Origin: Selaginella moellendorffii
Lineage: Eukaryota; Plantae; Lycopodiophyta
Length of the DNA stretch: 64,000 nucleotides
Direction: 5' to 3'
NCBI RefSeq assembly: GCF_000143415.4
Contig: NW_003314396.1
Coordinates: 250,025-314,024 of the forward strand
Part shown: positions 10,994 to 23,559 of the stretch, one piece after another
Position numbering within the stretch: position 1 is the stretch's first letter
How the letters are laid out: each line of letters begins with the position of its first letter
Notes under the pieces: model-generated
Databases searched by the model: none
What the model was told of the DNA's origin: nothing
What the model saw: only the letters and a program-made list of their open reading frames with translations
Program-made: the position numbers and the translations under genes

Positions 10994-13900
10994 GCGAGGA
11001 ATTGCGTTCTTCTTCCAGCCACTGTCAATGTGGATGCAGAGAAGGGGGAGGAGCTCACCAGTTGGACTTTCAGGATGGAAGGCGAGGATCTGAGGCTGTA
11101 CAACACAGATGGTGGGAGAAAAGAATGCATGGGGATCCTCATCCAAGTGACAGACACTCCATGCAGTTCCATGCAAGAATATGGACTGGCACTTGTGGTA
11201 GAGACAACGTCTGCCTTCAAGATCCACCTTGCACATCTGTCGCGAATGTGACTTCAGGTATCGAAAGTTACCTGTCGGCCAGTCCTTACGGACACTCTTA
11301 CCTTATTGCCACGATGGCAGGAGGTCGGTATTGCTGGACCCGTTATTAGTCTCCGCCTAAGCTAGTTGAGAAACTGGTCCTCGCGTGTGCCCTTGACCAG
11401 ATGGGCATAAGGATGGAATTCCTAAGTGCTATTAGTCAAGCATACTTGACCTTTTTAGAGAAACTCATTCGTTGACTTGCACTTGCTAGTGTTGGGAACC
11501 CCCGCGATATTGAGCTTGGTCCCTCAATATCGCTAGATGATAGCTTACCGTGTCTGCCAAACACCCTCGCTATCATGCCCTTTGTGTTAGTCTCATTTTG
11601 GTCCCAAATGCTATTTATGGAAAGTGTTCAGATTGGCTCATTTGGCATATCTACGGAATGTAGAGATCGTCTTGAACACAATGGTGTTCGTCCCATGTCC
11701 AAATTCACAATCTAGGGACATTCTATATTTAGTAAGTTTCGAGCTTGTCCTAGAAACTAACTCCTGATACTAAGGGAGGCTTGGGGTGAAAGCCCAAAGC
11801 GTGTGTTCCTCAAGGGGGGGGGGGGGGGGGCTATGGGGGGTTCCAAATGTATAGTAGGGATAGTGGGTAGGTCGGGCATGGCCGACGAACCTGAGGCATA
11901 GTCTAGCTCCCGCTTGCGTGCCTGTCCTTGTTCTACGTCCGGCTTGGGTCTAAGCCCAAGTTCCATTCCATGCTAGCTGGTGGAGTACCCATGTCCTCAC
12001 GTTAGGCCACCGGTATGCCGAAATAGCGCCAGACTCCGTTTGGCTCCGTTTTGCGTGTTGGTCCTAGCATTGGGATGCTAGTTGCTCCAGGAGTGTTCCA
12101 AGTCGCTCCGGGCCCCTGTCCCTTCACTCCTTAGGCTGTATGCTCGGGAGTTGCTCCGTGGTTTGGTTCTTTCACTCCTTGGCTCCATGCTTGGGAGTTT
12201 GGCACCGTTCGTTCGTTCAGTGGCCCAAGGCTCTAAACCTCAGGTTCCTATGGACACGTGGCATGGACACGTGGCATGTGACATGTGGCATCTGTCACGT
12301 GGCACAAAGAGGGTTTAGGTTCCGCTTCGTGGTGTTATCCTATGGTAAATCACCATAGGATAAAGGGTCAAAACCACGTGCGCTACATTTGGTATCAGAG
12401 AATGAGTCTCAGCGAGTACTATTCAATGAGATTGGGCAACTAGTCTCGTTGCATACGCAGAGATGAAAATGATGATCCGAGTGGGTACATGTTTGGGTGC
12501 AAAGACTTCACAATCGTTCCTTAGGTATGGATTTGGTTACCTTCTTGTACCGTAATTATGTGAGCTTGCTCTTGGGCTCATAAGATGGATTTGAGTTGTT
12601 TCGGTTGTACGAGTTTGTGCTTGGGCTCGTGAGTGAGGCACATTAGCAACTCAAGGTTACACTTTGAGTTGGCAGGATTAATGTTAGCCTATCGGTGGTT
12701 CCATGAGTTGTTCCATGTACCATAGGTGAAAATAAACTTTCCCTGGGTTTGTTATGAGTGGCAAATAGGCTGGTCCGTAGCTGTTTAGCACGGCACTAGT
12801 GGATCCTTCCTAGGCATGATTATAAGTGGAACAATTAAGACTATAGAGATTAGTCTATTGGTTCAAGTAGTCATGGCCGTGCTTTCTCATAAACTTTTCT
12901 TCAATTGAACTGAAGGCAATGTGAAAGCAAGCTTGAGGTTTGGTCAAAGATGAGACCGAAAAGAGAGTCATCGGGGACGAAGGATCAAATACGTAAATCA
13001 TTTTCTCTTCTTGGAGAGATGATCTGCAACGAGGTGTTAACTCATTACTTGTGTTCACATCATGCAATCAAGAGTCCCTATCTTGATGCATGTTGGAGAT
13101 GGTGGTCTTACAATGGGGAGTTGTGGGATGGATAGCGGTGAAGCGCTAAACCATTTTGTCTAAGCTTGCTATTGGAAGACTTGGGTTGCAATGCTCAATT
13201 CTTCTTCGAGGAACCTTGCTATTGCTCCTTGAGTAGCTTGGTGTTGGATTAGTTTTGAGTTTGGTCAGAAAGAGAGTGGCATGAGCTTATCCATGTGGTG
13301 AACAAAAGTTAGTGGTGTTGGGTGTTGTAAATCTCTATTGATAGGGTGTGGCATTTATGTTGCATTTTGTCGAATTGAGTTAGCACTTGATATTCATATA
13401 AACCTTTGTAGTAAGTGACATGGGTATTTCTCATAGTGTTGCTTGATTGATGATCAAGTCATTGTGATTTATATCATATCCATGTGATAATAAGCAATGT
13501 GTTTACGAAGTTGCTTGGGTAAATGATGATCAACCCTAAAGTGGTTGATGGAGAAGCTAGTCTACTTGCATGTAGTAGCATTGTAGTAGCTTTGACTGGA
13601 TTCTCTATAGTGGTCCATTATGCTAAGCTTAAGTTGGTATCTTGTTTCCTTGAGTTGCCCATTGGTGTTGAAAAAGGGTTATAGCATTCACTTGCTATGA
13701 CTTGTCGGTTGATCCATTAGCACTTGGAGTAGATTGTTGGATGGAGAAGGTGTGTAGTTGAGGCATTGACATTGCTAACACTTGTGTTAGTGGAAGTGGC
13801 ATTGTTATTTTGAGTGATGAGGAATTTTCCTTAGACCTTGATTTTTCATGTCATTTTTCTTGTTAGTGTTTTGACTTCACATTGAATCTTGAAAGTGATT

Positions 13901-16900
13901 GAAGAAGAGTGTTAGTGCAATGTGGATATCCGAAGATGTGGTCTTCGTGATCAAGTTTTAGATATTCATTTAGCACTTTGCGGATGTCGGTGTTGGATAT
14001 CGGAAAAATGGGTAAAGATGTTCGATGCTTAAGCATATTGATGGATCATGAGGATTTGTGTTGAGGTGAACCTATGTGAATTTGTTAGTAGGAGGAAGTT
14101 GGTTGAGTTTTGAAAGTTTGCATTCCTGGACTGAGAGTCATTCTTTCTCTAGGATGGAAAATTTTCCACAAATTTTCTTAGACTTTTCCAATGGCTGATC
14201 TGTTAGTCACTTTGCTCGAAAACCATTCCGTTTTCGTAAGCCAGTACAAACTGTTGAAGGGGGTGGAGTTGGCTTCGGTTGGCTTAAACCTTAGTAGATA
14301 GTTTGTATGATGCGGCCTGAAAGGGATGCTAACTTTTGGGGCTAAGGCAATTGAGTTGGATAGAGTCTGGAGTTGGTGTAGAAAAGTGGCCGTTGCGCTT
14401 TTCTAAGAAGGGTGACCCTTGTGCCTTTCTTTTGTAGCGTTATGCTCGGTGGCAAGTTGCACCTTGCATTTCACTAAGACTCGATGAGAGTAGTGAGCTC
14501 TCATTGATCTTGACTTAGTCTTGGTAGCACTACACCTTGACTGGGGATGGTGATGTTCAACTTAGTTGTTTGAGGTTGAGATGTTAGTACCCATTCTATA
14601 GCTTTGTCTATGAGGAGGTTGTGTACAGATATGAGTCCACCTCATGGTCTTCACTTTAGTTTTGACTGAGTGTTGATCACATAGCTAGCCTCTTCAAGGC
14701 ATGCTCAGAGCTATTGACTAAATGCATTAGTGAGCTTATTGCAGTTGAGTTAGATTCGAGTGGTCATTTAATTTGTGCTTGTCTATGAACTTTTATCTCG
14801 TACCTGGGGTATTATGTTCATGTTGGACAAGTATGTAACTCGATGACATGAGTTAGTGTTCGGGTCTTGTGAAGGCAAGTTGAGGAGTGATTGTTAGTTG
14901 CTTTGCGACTAGTGATTATTTATAGACTTTGTCAAGGACTGTTGACACTTGCTTTGCTCGATGATGATTTAGCAGTGATGGGCTTGCTTTACCGGAAGGT
15001 GTTGCAGAGGATCGTGTCGTTAGACTTACATGGGTTTTCCATGTTGGCATGTCGACTCTATCTTTGTTGATATCATTTGGTTGCGTTTAGTTCATGGTGT
15101 TAGATTTCATTGAGTCTTGGACATGGTGAATCACTCCTTGATAAAGTGTTATCTGTAACTGAGTTTTGTTGGAGGATTTGTCTTGGATACTAACTAAAGT
15201 ATCTTTGACTTTGGTTAGCTTGGTTGCTGGAGAGTTTTGAGTGGTGATTCACTCGTGCTTTCTTCTAGCTTTGTTTTGGTGTTGATGGCATTGAAGTGAT
15301 GCTTTGTCATTGACATTGTTGATATTGAGATCTGAGTGAAATGAGATATTCTTCCAAGGATTGATATTGAGTTTCATTAGTCTTGATGAATATAGTGTTG
15401 ATGATTTGGCTATAACTTTGTGTTGTTGGCATTCATGCATTTGCTAGTTAGCAACTGTGTTGATGTTCAAATGAACTGAGTGGCAAGTTGAGTTAGTTGT
15501 GTTCTCGATGAGTTTGTTTAGTAAAGGTTGAGCTTTAAGCTTGTTCTTGAAAAGTGATTCAGTCGTGGACTATGCTAACTCTACAAGCGAAAGAGTTAGT
15601 GATCAATATTAGAAAGTTTGAATCCTTATTGGGTTTGAATTGGAATATATTGATCATTGATGATTCCCCTTGTGCTTGTTACGATGTGAGCTACGTTTTG
15701 CTATAGATGGATTCATGGAGGATCGATTAGATGATCACTTGTTAAGCATAACTTCGTTATGCTTGGCTTTTGGATTGATGTAGATATGCTCTTCATTAGC
15801 TTTCGCATTATAAAGTTTAGCTTATGGATGTATTGAAGGGGATATTGTGGTTCTACCATGATTTCTTCTTTAGCATTGAAGTTAGTTCGTGCGAGACTTG
15901 TGATCATTATTAGGCAAGACTTGGCTATAAGCTTCTTCAAACTTTTGGTCCTTTGAGTTTATTATGCTCATTATTCCATTTGTTAGAAGTTGTTGGGGGG
16001 AAGGCATTTTTGGCTCTTTAGCTTCAATGTACAAGTTAATATTTGCATTTAGCAATCATTGGTGATGATTGACTATCATCTAGGATAATTGATTATTCTT
16101 GTACGAGGTTTTGCTTGATTATCATTGATCTAGATTGATTTGCTATTCTTCGGGATGGTGGATTCCTTCTAAGACGATGATTCTGCATATCTCTTATTGA
16201 TGATGATTCTGCATATCTCTTATTAATGGGATGATTAATATCTTTCATGATGGTTAGTTGTTCTCTTTGATGGCTTATGGCTTTTTGCAATACCACATGT
16301 TCTTTGTGGTTCGCTTTGGATTGGTCTCTTGGGTTTGAGACATCAGTAGGATGTTGCTGACACTTGCTTAGGCAACTTGAGTTCCTTGGTGTTATTGGCT
16401 GGGATCTATCTGGATTGGCTAGTGCAATGGTTGATATGAACAAGCGTTTGTTTGCTTTGCAACATTCATTTTGTTCTGTTGATTATTGCTCGAGTTAGTT
16501 CTCATAGATTAGGATGTTATTTCCTTCGGGTGATACATTCGCGAGCATTGTGCTTATTAGTCAATGATACTTTGTGTTCTTTGAGTTGTGTTTTGTGAGT
16601 TGTTTGGCATGCTATCTGCCATTTTCGGTAGTTCAATTTTATCATTGAGTTTCTTTGATGATCTACTTGCTATTGAATTTTGTTGGATAGTGATTCCTAT
16701 GTTTACCAATTATAATGATCTTGGTGGTTCCTATACTATAATACTAGTTTATCGGATGATAACTTACTTGGAATACATTTGTGTTCTCATCTAAGCTTTA
16801 TTCACTGATAATTAAATCTCTAAGATATCATTGTTTATGACTTTGATATAGTCCCTATATCTTGATCTTTGCGTTTGGGCCAGTATAGGCAGACTGGCTT

Positions 16901-19900
16901 CGGCACTTCGTGTGCATGTTGAAATCTCTAGTCATGGGGTAGCTACTGTCGACTGGTCACATAACCCGCCTCGTTGTCGATGTTCCTTATTCCGTTGAAA
17001 GGGCGTGACCGTGTAAACAACTCTAATTGACTGTTTACAGTAGTCTATCTAAACCTTACCGACGGGTTTGGTTTCTTTGCTCAGGAGGGTTGGGGCCTCT
17101 GGCTTCTCTCTCTATGTCCCTGCGGGCAAGGCGTATCACACTTTTGTAGCTGGGTGACACCCAGAGCAGCAAGGGTGGCTGACTCCATTGGTCATTTCCT
17201 TGTCGGCGACGGCCGGAAGGTGTCTGAGCTGGTAGCGCATCCGCGTTAGACAAAGAGGTTGCCTCCTCACTCATTTAAGTTGGTGCATTTCTCACATAGT
17301 GTGCGTACCGTGAACTTTTTCTGGAGTTGTTTCCTTGGCGGTATTCTAGACTCGAGTGTGCATCGACGAGGACGTCAATTTTCCCAAGGGGGGGAGAGTG
17401 TCGCGAATGTGACTTCGGGTATCGAAAGGTCGGCCAGTCCTTACGGACACTCTTACCTTACTGCCACGATGGCAGGAGGTCGGTATTGCTGGACCCGTTA
17501 TTAGTCTCCGCCTAAGCTAGTTGAGAAACTGGTCCTCGCGTGTGCACTTGACCAGATGGGCATAAGGATGGAATTCCTAAGTGCTATTAGTCAAGCATAC
17601 TTGACCTGGTTAGAGAAACTCATTTGTTGACTTGCACTTGCTAGTGTTGGGAATCCCCGCGATATTGAGTTTGGTCCCTCAATATCGCTAGATGATAGCT
17701 TACCGTGTCTGCCAAACACCCTCGCTATCATGCCCTTTGTGTTAGTCTCATTTTGGTCCCAAATGCTATTTATGGAAAGTGTCCAGATTGGCTCATTTGG
17801 CATATCTACGGAATGTAGAGATCGTCCTGAACACAATGGTGTTTGTCCCATGTCCAAATTCACAATCTAGGGACATTCCATATTTAGTAAGTTTCGAGCT
17901 TGTCCTAGAGACTAACTCCTGATACTAAGGGAGGCTTGGGGTGAAAGCCCAAAGCGTGTGTTCCTCAAGGGGGGGGGGGCTATGGGGGGTTTCAAATGTA
18001 TAGTAGGGATAGTGGGTAGGTCGGGCATGGCCGACGAACCTAAGGCATAGTCTAGCTCCCGCTTGCGTGCCTGTCCTTGTTCTACGTCCGCTTGGGTCTA
18101 AGCCCAAGTTCCATTCCATGCTAGCTGGTGGAGTACCCATGTCCTCACGTTAGGCCACCGGTATGCCGAAATAGCGCCAGACTCCGTTTGGCTCCGTTTT
18201 GCGTGCTGGTCCTGGCATTGGGATGCTAGTTGCTCCAGGAGTGTTCCAAGTCGCTCCGGGCCCCTGTCCCTTCACTCCTTGGGCTGTATGCTCGGGAGTT
18301 GCTCCGTGGTTCGGTTCTTTCACTCCTTGGCTCCATGCTTGGGAGTTTGGCACCGTTTGTTCGTTCAGTGGCCCAAGGCTCTGAACCTCGGGTTCCTATG
18401 GACACGTGGCATGTGACATGTGGCATCTGTCACATGGCACAAAGAGGGTTTAGGTTCCGCTTCGTGGTGTTATCCTATGGTAAATCACCATAGGATAAAG
18501 GGTCAAAACCACGTGCGCAACAACATCCTAGCGGCTTCCCGGAGGGGGGCAGCGGCTATGAGGAATTCCTAGAGGGAGCTAGGGAGAGGTTGTCTAGGAG
18601 GCCCACAATTTCAAAGACACTGCGGGTCTATGAAGATCATATGGAATCCATGGACCTCACCTACGGCGATGTTCAAAAACTATATTCCAACATTGAGCTG
18701 TTGAGAGTGCCTCCAGTTCGCGAAGCGAAGGGGAAGGGGGTCGATCTGGAAACTACCCTGAAGCAGAAAAGGGTGGTCAAGCTCAAGCCGACGTCCGACT
18801 CTCCTGCTCCAAAAAAGAAGCTACTCGGTGATGCCATTGCCTTGGGTTCGAACACTACACCCACCAAAAAGAAGAGCCGCAAAGAGCAGAAAGAGCAAGA
18901 AGAGGCATCAAAAATTGTCGCAGATAATAGTACTTGTTACTAATCCAACAAAGTATATACAATCGACGTGAGCCGTATCGACATCCAAAGCAAATACAAC
19001 CACAGGATAGTATCTGATGAGTGGGTGGAGAAACTGAAGCAGAAGATGTTGGCAAGTCCAGTAACACCCGACATCGCAGACGTGATCCCCTACTACCGAA
19101 TAATGAAGGGCGAGACGAGGTTTCCAGACTTGATCAATAGGAAGGTGTTGGACGATCAGAACATCCGGTTCTATGCCGTCTCCGGGCAGCATTCTAGCTT
19201 GGCAATGCAAGAGATAGTTGTGGATATTATGGTGGGCGAGGAGGTGAAGAAAGTCTTCAAGACAAGAGTTGTCCGCCTGATAAAAGGCAACTCGCCCCTC
19301 CGATCTATCATATACATCTCCCACGCGCAGAATGTCAAGCAAGAAACGTGCTACAAATCGGGTCTGCACCTCGCGGTTATGGCGTGTGTGCTCATGCCAT
19401 TCATTGCAGATCAAGGGCTGAGTGAAAGCAGGCAGTCACCACCTCCTGACTCAGATTCCTATGGCGGACTCCCCTTCCCCAATCTCAATGGAGAGGTACA
19501 ATGGATGAGGGATGCTTTTCAAGTCAGAGCCACGTTTTTCTCATCTCGCCGTCTTCGAAGGGTGCAAGAACGTGCAGAAACCATGTTAAGACAGTCGGGT
19601 GAGGATACGGTCCTAGGTCATGCACTAAAACAGGCTATGGATGTCTTGTATTTTGAGATGGAGACTCGGCCAGATGATTTTCCCAAGATGGTCCTGGAAG
19701 AACAAGCCATCCAGCCTGAGCAGCCTATGGAAGAAATGCAGGAGGGGGATGAGGAGCCAGAGAAAGATAATGAGCAGGAAGAGCAGAAGGACGAAGAGGA
19801 GGACAAAGAAGAGGAGGATGAAGAGGACTTGGATGGTCCTCACAATGGTGATGATCACAATAACGACGACGACGATGATGACGACGATGGCCAGCCTGAG

Positions 19901-19947
19901 GTGGCCAAAGAGCAGCGGAGGAAGGTCATACAAGACAAACCATCAGG
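10994..19947 (+). pseudogene. Transposon cargo gene, 5' part: ParB/Srx-like domain plus acidic tract; interrupted by the family C insertion and a stop at 18941
   Basis: Removing 11238-18527 joins ORF 10973.. (KIHLAH) in frame to PSGFPEGG and ORF 18590..18943; ORF 18968..19954 is in the same frame. Motifs: IDVSRIDIQSKYNHR...WVEKLKQKM, FYAVSGQHSSLAM, ISHAQN. Confidence 0.6.
11238..18522 (+). mobile_element. Non-autonomous LTR retrotransposon (LARD-like, family C)
   Basis: LTRs at 11238-12387 and 17399-18522 (TG...CA, near-identical); TSD ACATC at 11233-11237 and 18523-18527; PBS TGGTATCAGAG at 12390; PPT AAGGGGGGGAGAG at 17386-17398; no gag or pol recognisable in the 5 kb interior. Confidence 0.95.
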
Positions 19948-20256
19948 TAAATAATAGTACATCCATTCCTAACCTTTTACCATTTCTAACATTGTCCATG
20001 TAGGTCGCAGAGCAAATGGTAAGTAGAGATTATTCAGTTGAATTTACAAACTCTAGCCTTTAGTGTCGAGGAAGGATAGTGCCAAGCAAGGGTCGAAACG
20101 TATGTCCAATCCTTCAGAATCAGCAGTGCGCCCAAGTGATATCGGTCCTAGTTCCTCAATAGCAGTTGATGGTAAATACAGTATAGTCGATTCAATGTGC
20201 TAATGAGTTTGTTTTTAGTAGCACGGTAGGATACCATCTCAATCAAAGGGAGATAT

Positions 20257-20718
20257 TTGGACATGCATATGGATCCGCCAGTGGACTCTACTTGCCTGCA
20301 AGAGTCATCAGAGCTGATGGAGGCTACTATCCATATCAACGCCAAGCAAGCTGACCACGCTCCACTTGATGCTGCCCATACCACTGAGTCAATCTTGTCC
20401 ACGTATCCAACTGACGATGACCAGGTGCCATTGGACCCGCATGAGGCCGCCCCAGCCGCCGAGCCGGTCGTATCCTCATTTCCAACGGACTCAACGTGTG
20501 CCCAATCATCTGACTACACGCCGTTGGAACCTCCCTACACCGCCCCTGCTGCCTGTTCGGTCATGTCCACTTTGCCGATGGAGGCACCAGCTGAAATGGC
20601 GTGTGATCACACGCCATCGGAACCACCCCATGCCACTGTTGAGGCAGTTGTACCAGAGTCTACAGCTGAAATGGCATGTGCCCACACGCCATCGGATGCG
20701 ATTGACCCCACATTGTAG
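20257..20718 (+). CDS. Probable Pro/Ala/Thr-rich linker exon of the cargo gene
   Basis: 153-aa low-complexity ORF between the ParB-like and NIF-like regions, on the same strand. Confidence 0.4.
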   Translation: MDMHMDPPVDSTCLQESSELMEATIHINAKQADHAPLDAAHTTESILSTYPTDDDQVPLDPHEAAPAAEPVVSSFPTDSTCAQSSDYTPLEPPYTAPAACSVMSTLPMEAPAEMACDHTPSEPPHATVEAVVPESTAEMACAHTPSDAIDPTL

Positions 20719-20850
20719 AGGAGAGTATTTCCGCCCTTCACGTTTCCTCAACCAAAACCCTCTCAACGACCATCGGGAGCACCATTCACTAATATTGTAG
20801 ATGGTAAAATTGACTTGTACCATTTTTTATGCTGACGCATTTCATTTCAG

Positions 20851-21713
20851 AGTCACGGCGAAGGTACTGTATCGTTTTTTATCTGAATAGTGTCCTTTTC
20901 TCCCATGAGCGTGGCTCATCCTCGAATGTCACTGCACCCTCCAAAGCCTGCGGTCGCAAGTTGGTCAAAAGAGACAGATTCACATTAATCACACGGGAGA
21001 AACTGCGGGATCTAATAATGACCATGCGACACTTAAAACAGAGGGCCGGGTTCAATTTGCAATTGGGAGTTTGGACATCCATGATGCGCCACAATGCATT
21101 AACGTTGCTACAGATGATGCACGATCAGACGCGAGTAATATTACCATTTGACTTTCTTCTAACGCAGGAGGATTGCTTGACTATGGTCCATGTGAGGGGT
21201 AGCAAGCCCATCTTCGTCAAGCCAGAGGCTGTAGTGATGAACCAGACTGCTAGGTCAAGTGAAATCCTCATCATCGATGACTCGCCGATTAAAACTGCAG
21301 CGAACACGCACACATATGCAGTGCACCCCATCTCTTGCAGTATGGAAACTAGGGAGAAGAAACCGTATGTTCTGGGGGACCTTGCAAAACGGCTTGGAGC
21401 GATGGTGATAGAGAACTGGCCAGTCCAGGAGGTGGCTGCAGAAATCAATCAAATGGCAGATGGAATGGTATATCAGAAGCCATTTGATCGGACAGACACC
21501 AGTCATCATTTATGGCATGTATATTGTCTAGCCAAGCACTATCTGCATCTCCATAATCTGCTCAACCGGATGGGTTCTTCGACCACTGAACATGAGCGTG
21601 GACGTATTAGAGAAGAGATGGCATTACTATTGGGTTTAAATCCTGATAGTGTGGAGAGTGATGAAATTCCAAGATTATTGTATAGGCGTTGGAGGCAAAA
21701 AATAACAGTCTGA
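20851..21713 (+). CDS. FCP1/SCP (NIF, HAD-superfamily) phosphatase-like domain, probably the last exon of the cargo gene; motif I Asp replaced
   Basis: IVFYLNSVLF (cf. LVLDLNGLL), LGVWTSMMRHNA, LLTQEDC, KPIFVK, ILIIDDSPIKTAAN...AVHP; branch point and acceptor gctgac...tttcag ending at 20850. Confidence 0.75.
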
Positions 21714-22131
21714 GATGACATGTATTTATTTAAAAATGTAACTTATTATGGCATGGGGTTCCATGCCATTGTATTAATATTAAAAGACAATTCTTTGAGA
21801 GGATTTGCATTATACTAGAAGTGTTACAGCATGTTATTGGAAGTCTACGAAGTTGTTTTATTAATAAGGGGAAAGTAAAGATTGAATGGGGACTTAGGCT
21901 CCACCTAGACTCGGAGCAACTGAGCCAATATTAAAAGGATGGAAAGAAATTGGACGACGATGACAAGGAGAAGAGAGAGGTGAAGCAGTGGCAGGGGGAG
22001 GAGAAGTGATTGAGTAGACATTTCCTTGTTTAAAATAAAATGGCATGTGCCTCAATGCAGTTGAATTTTGTTATATTTATATACTATATAAAGGTTTGGA
22101 AACCTTATTTTACAAGTGGGATAATGACAAT

Positions 22132-22155
22132 TCCCACTTTAACGAAATAGAGCTT
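22132..22155 (-). repeat. Right terminal inverted repeat
   Basis: 24/24 match to 4120-4143. Confidence 0.85.
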
Positions 22156-23060
22156 GTCTTAGAGTCAGTCTTGGACTCGATCTTCGACTCGGTCCCATCT
22201 GATGAACTCTTTGTCATTTCGGTCATGCTTTTAGGGATCCTTTAGCTTACGGCATCTCGGGGAGTCGGTTCCTTACACTCGGACTCCATCTCAGACTCCA
22301 TCTCGAACTCCATCTCGGGTCCACCTCAGACTCCATCTCGGACTCCATTTCGGGTCCATCTCGAGTCCATCTCGGACTCCTTCACGTGTCATGTGTTGGT
22401 CCTTTTGGGTCCCTTTTTAGAGCCTTGCTTATTGCTGGCTTCGTGCTTGTTCCTCGAGCACTTTGTTGGGAGTTCCACTCCCGCTCTCGACCTTTCAAGT
22501 CAAAGCTTTTAGTCCAAATGTGTTACACTCGTTTGGCTATTGCTTCGGCCACTACCACGTGGCACCATTCTGGCTCCACTTTGGGGCCTAGAGATTTTGT
22601 GTCTCACACTTTAATGGGGGGAGAGTGTCGCGAATGTAAAAGAGCATAAGAAAGGAATTCCCAAGTGTTTATTTAGCCAAGCATACTTGGCCCGGCTTGT
22701 TAGTTTTCTTTTGCTCTATCTTACACTAGCTTGGCAAGAACCCTCGCATATTAAGACTAGTCCCTCAATATCGCCAGATGATAGCTTACTATGTCTGCCA
22801 AACACCCTCGTTATTATGCACCTTGCATTATGGTTAGTACCATTTAGTCCCAAATTCTATTTATGGGAAGTATATAGATTTGCCTATTTGGTATATTTAT
22901 GGTATATAGAGATTGTCCTGAACACAATAATATTCATTCTATATCTAAATTCACAATCTAGAAATATTCCATATTTAGTAAGTTTCAAGCTTGTCCCGGA
23001 AACTAACTATTAGTATGAAAGATGGCTAAGGGTGAAAGCCCAAACTATGCATTCCTCAAG
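22156..23060. repeat. Mosaic of LTR fragments: family B start (minus), family A end, and a family C-like PPT+LTR
   Basis: Similar to 36580-36700, 35940-36213 and 17390-17960. Confidence 0.7.
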
Positions 23061-23559
23061 GGTCCCACAGACGAAGGTATCCACCATGGGACTGCATATG
23101 GGTAAATGACTAATTGCGTCACATGGAATAGGTAGTCTACACAATGGAAGGATTAGTAGATTCTGTGTGAAAATGGAGGTGTTGGTTCCCCTTGGCTTAA
23201 TAAGGGTTGTTAATCAATAGTTAATAAAAACATTAACATTTCTAAAGGGGGGTTGAGTGTAGCACATGTGATTATGGGATGAGATTTGAATATATTATCA
23301 CTGTGGATTTTTAGAACTTTGGGGGATAAATGGGGATAAATAGCCACTAAACGCTCTTTCATCAAGCAATTGCCCTTTTTTCTAGTTGGATTAAGGGGAA
23401 AGAAATAGGGTGCACTATAGTTAATTATAATAGGAACTTTCAAGTTACTTATTGTGTATTTGTGACTTAGGGGACTAAGACATGTGTGGGGGAGGGGCAA
23501 TAGCACAAAAGAGTTTGATAATATTTTTCTATCTGAATTTCCTTATAGATTGCCTCTAT

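Larger units (their letters stand above)
4120..22155. mobile_element. Large TIR DNA transposon (Sola-like); about 10.7 kb without the nested LTR element
   Basis: AAGCTCTATTTCGTTAAAGTGGGA at 4120-4143 and its exact reverse complement at 22132-22155. It encloses a transposase, a cargo gene and a recurrent palindrome. Confidence 0.8.

Noticed and set aside
18950-19345. Bacterial contamination or recent transfer of parB
   Set aside because: It is contiguous with plant LTR insertions and GT-AG splice signals, and there is no parA or operon structure.
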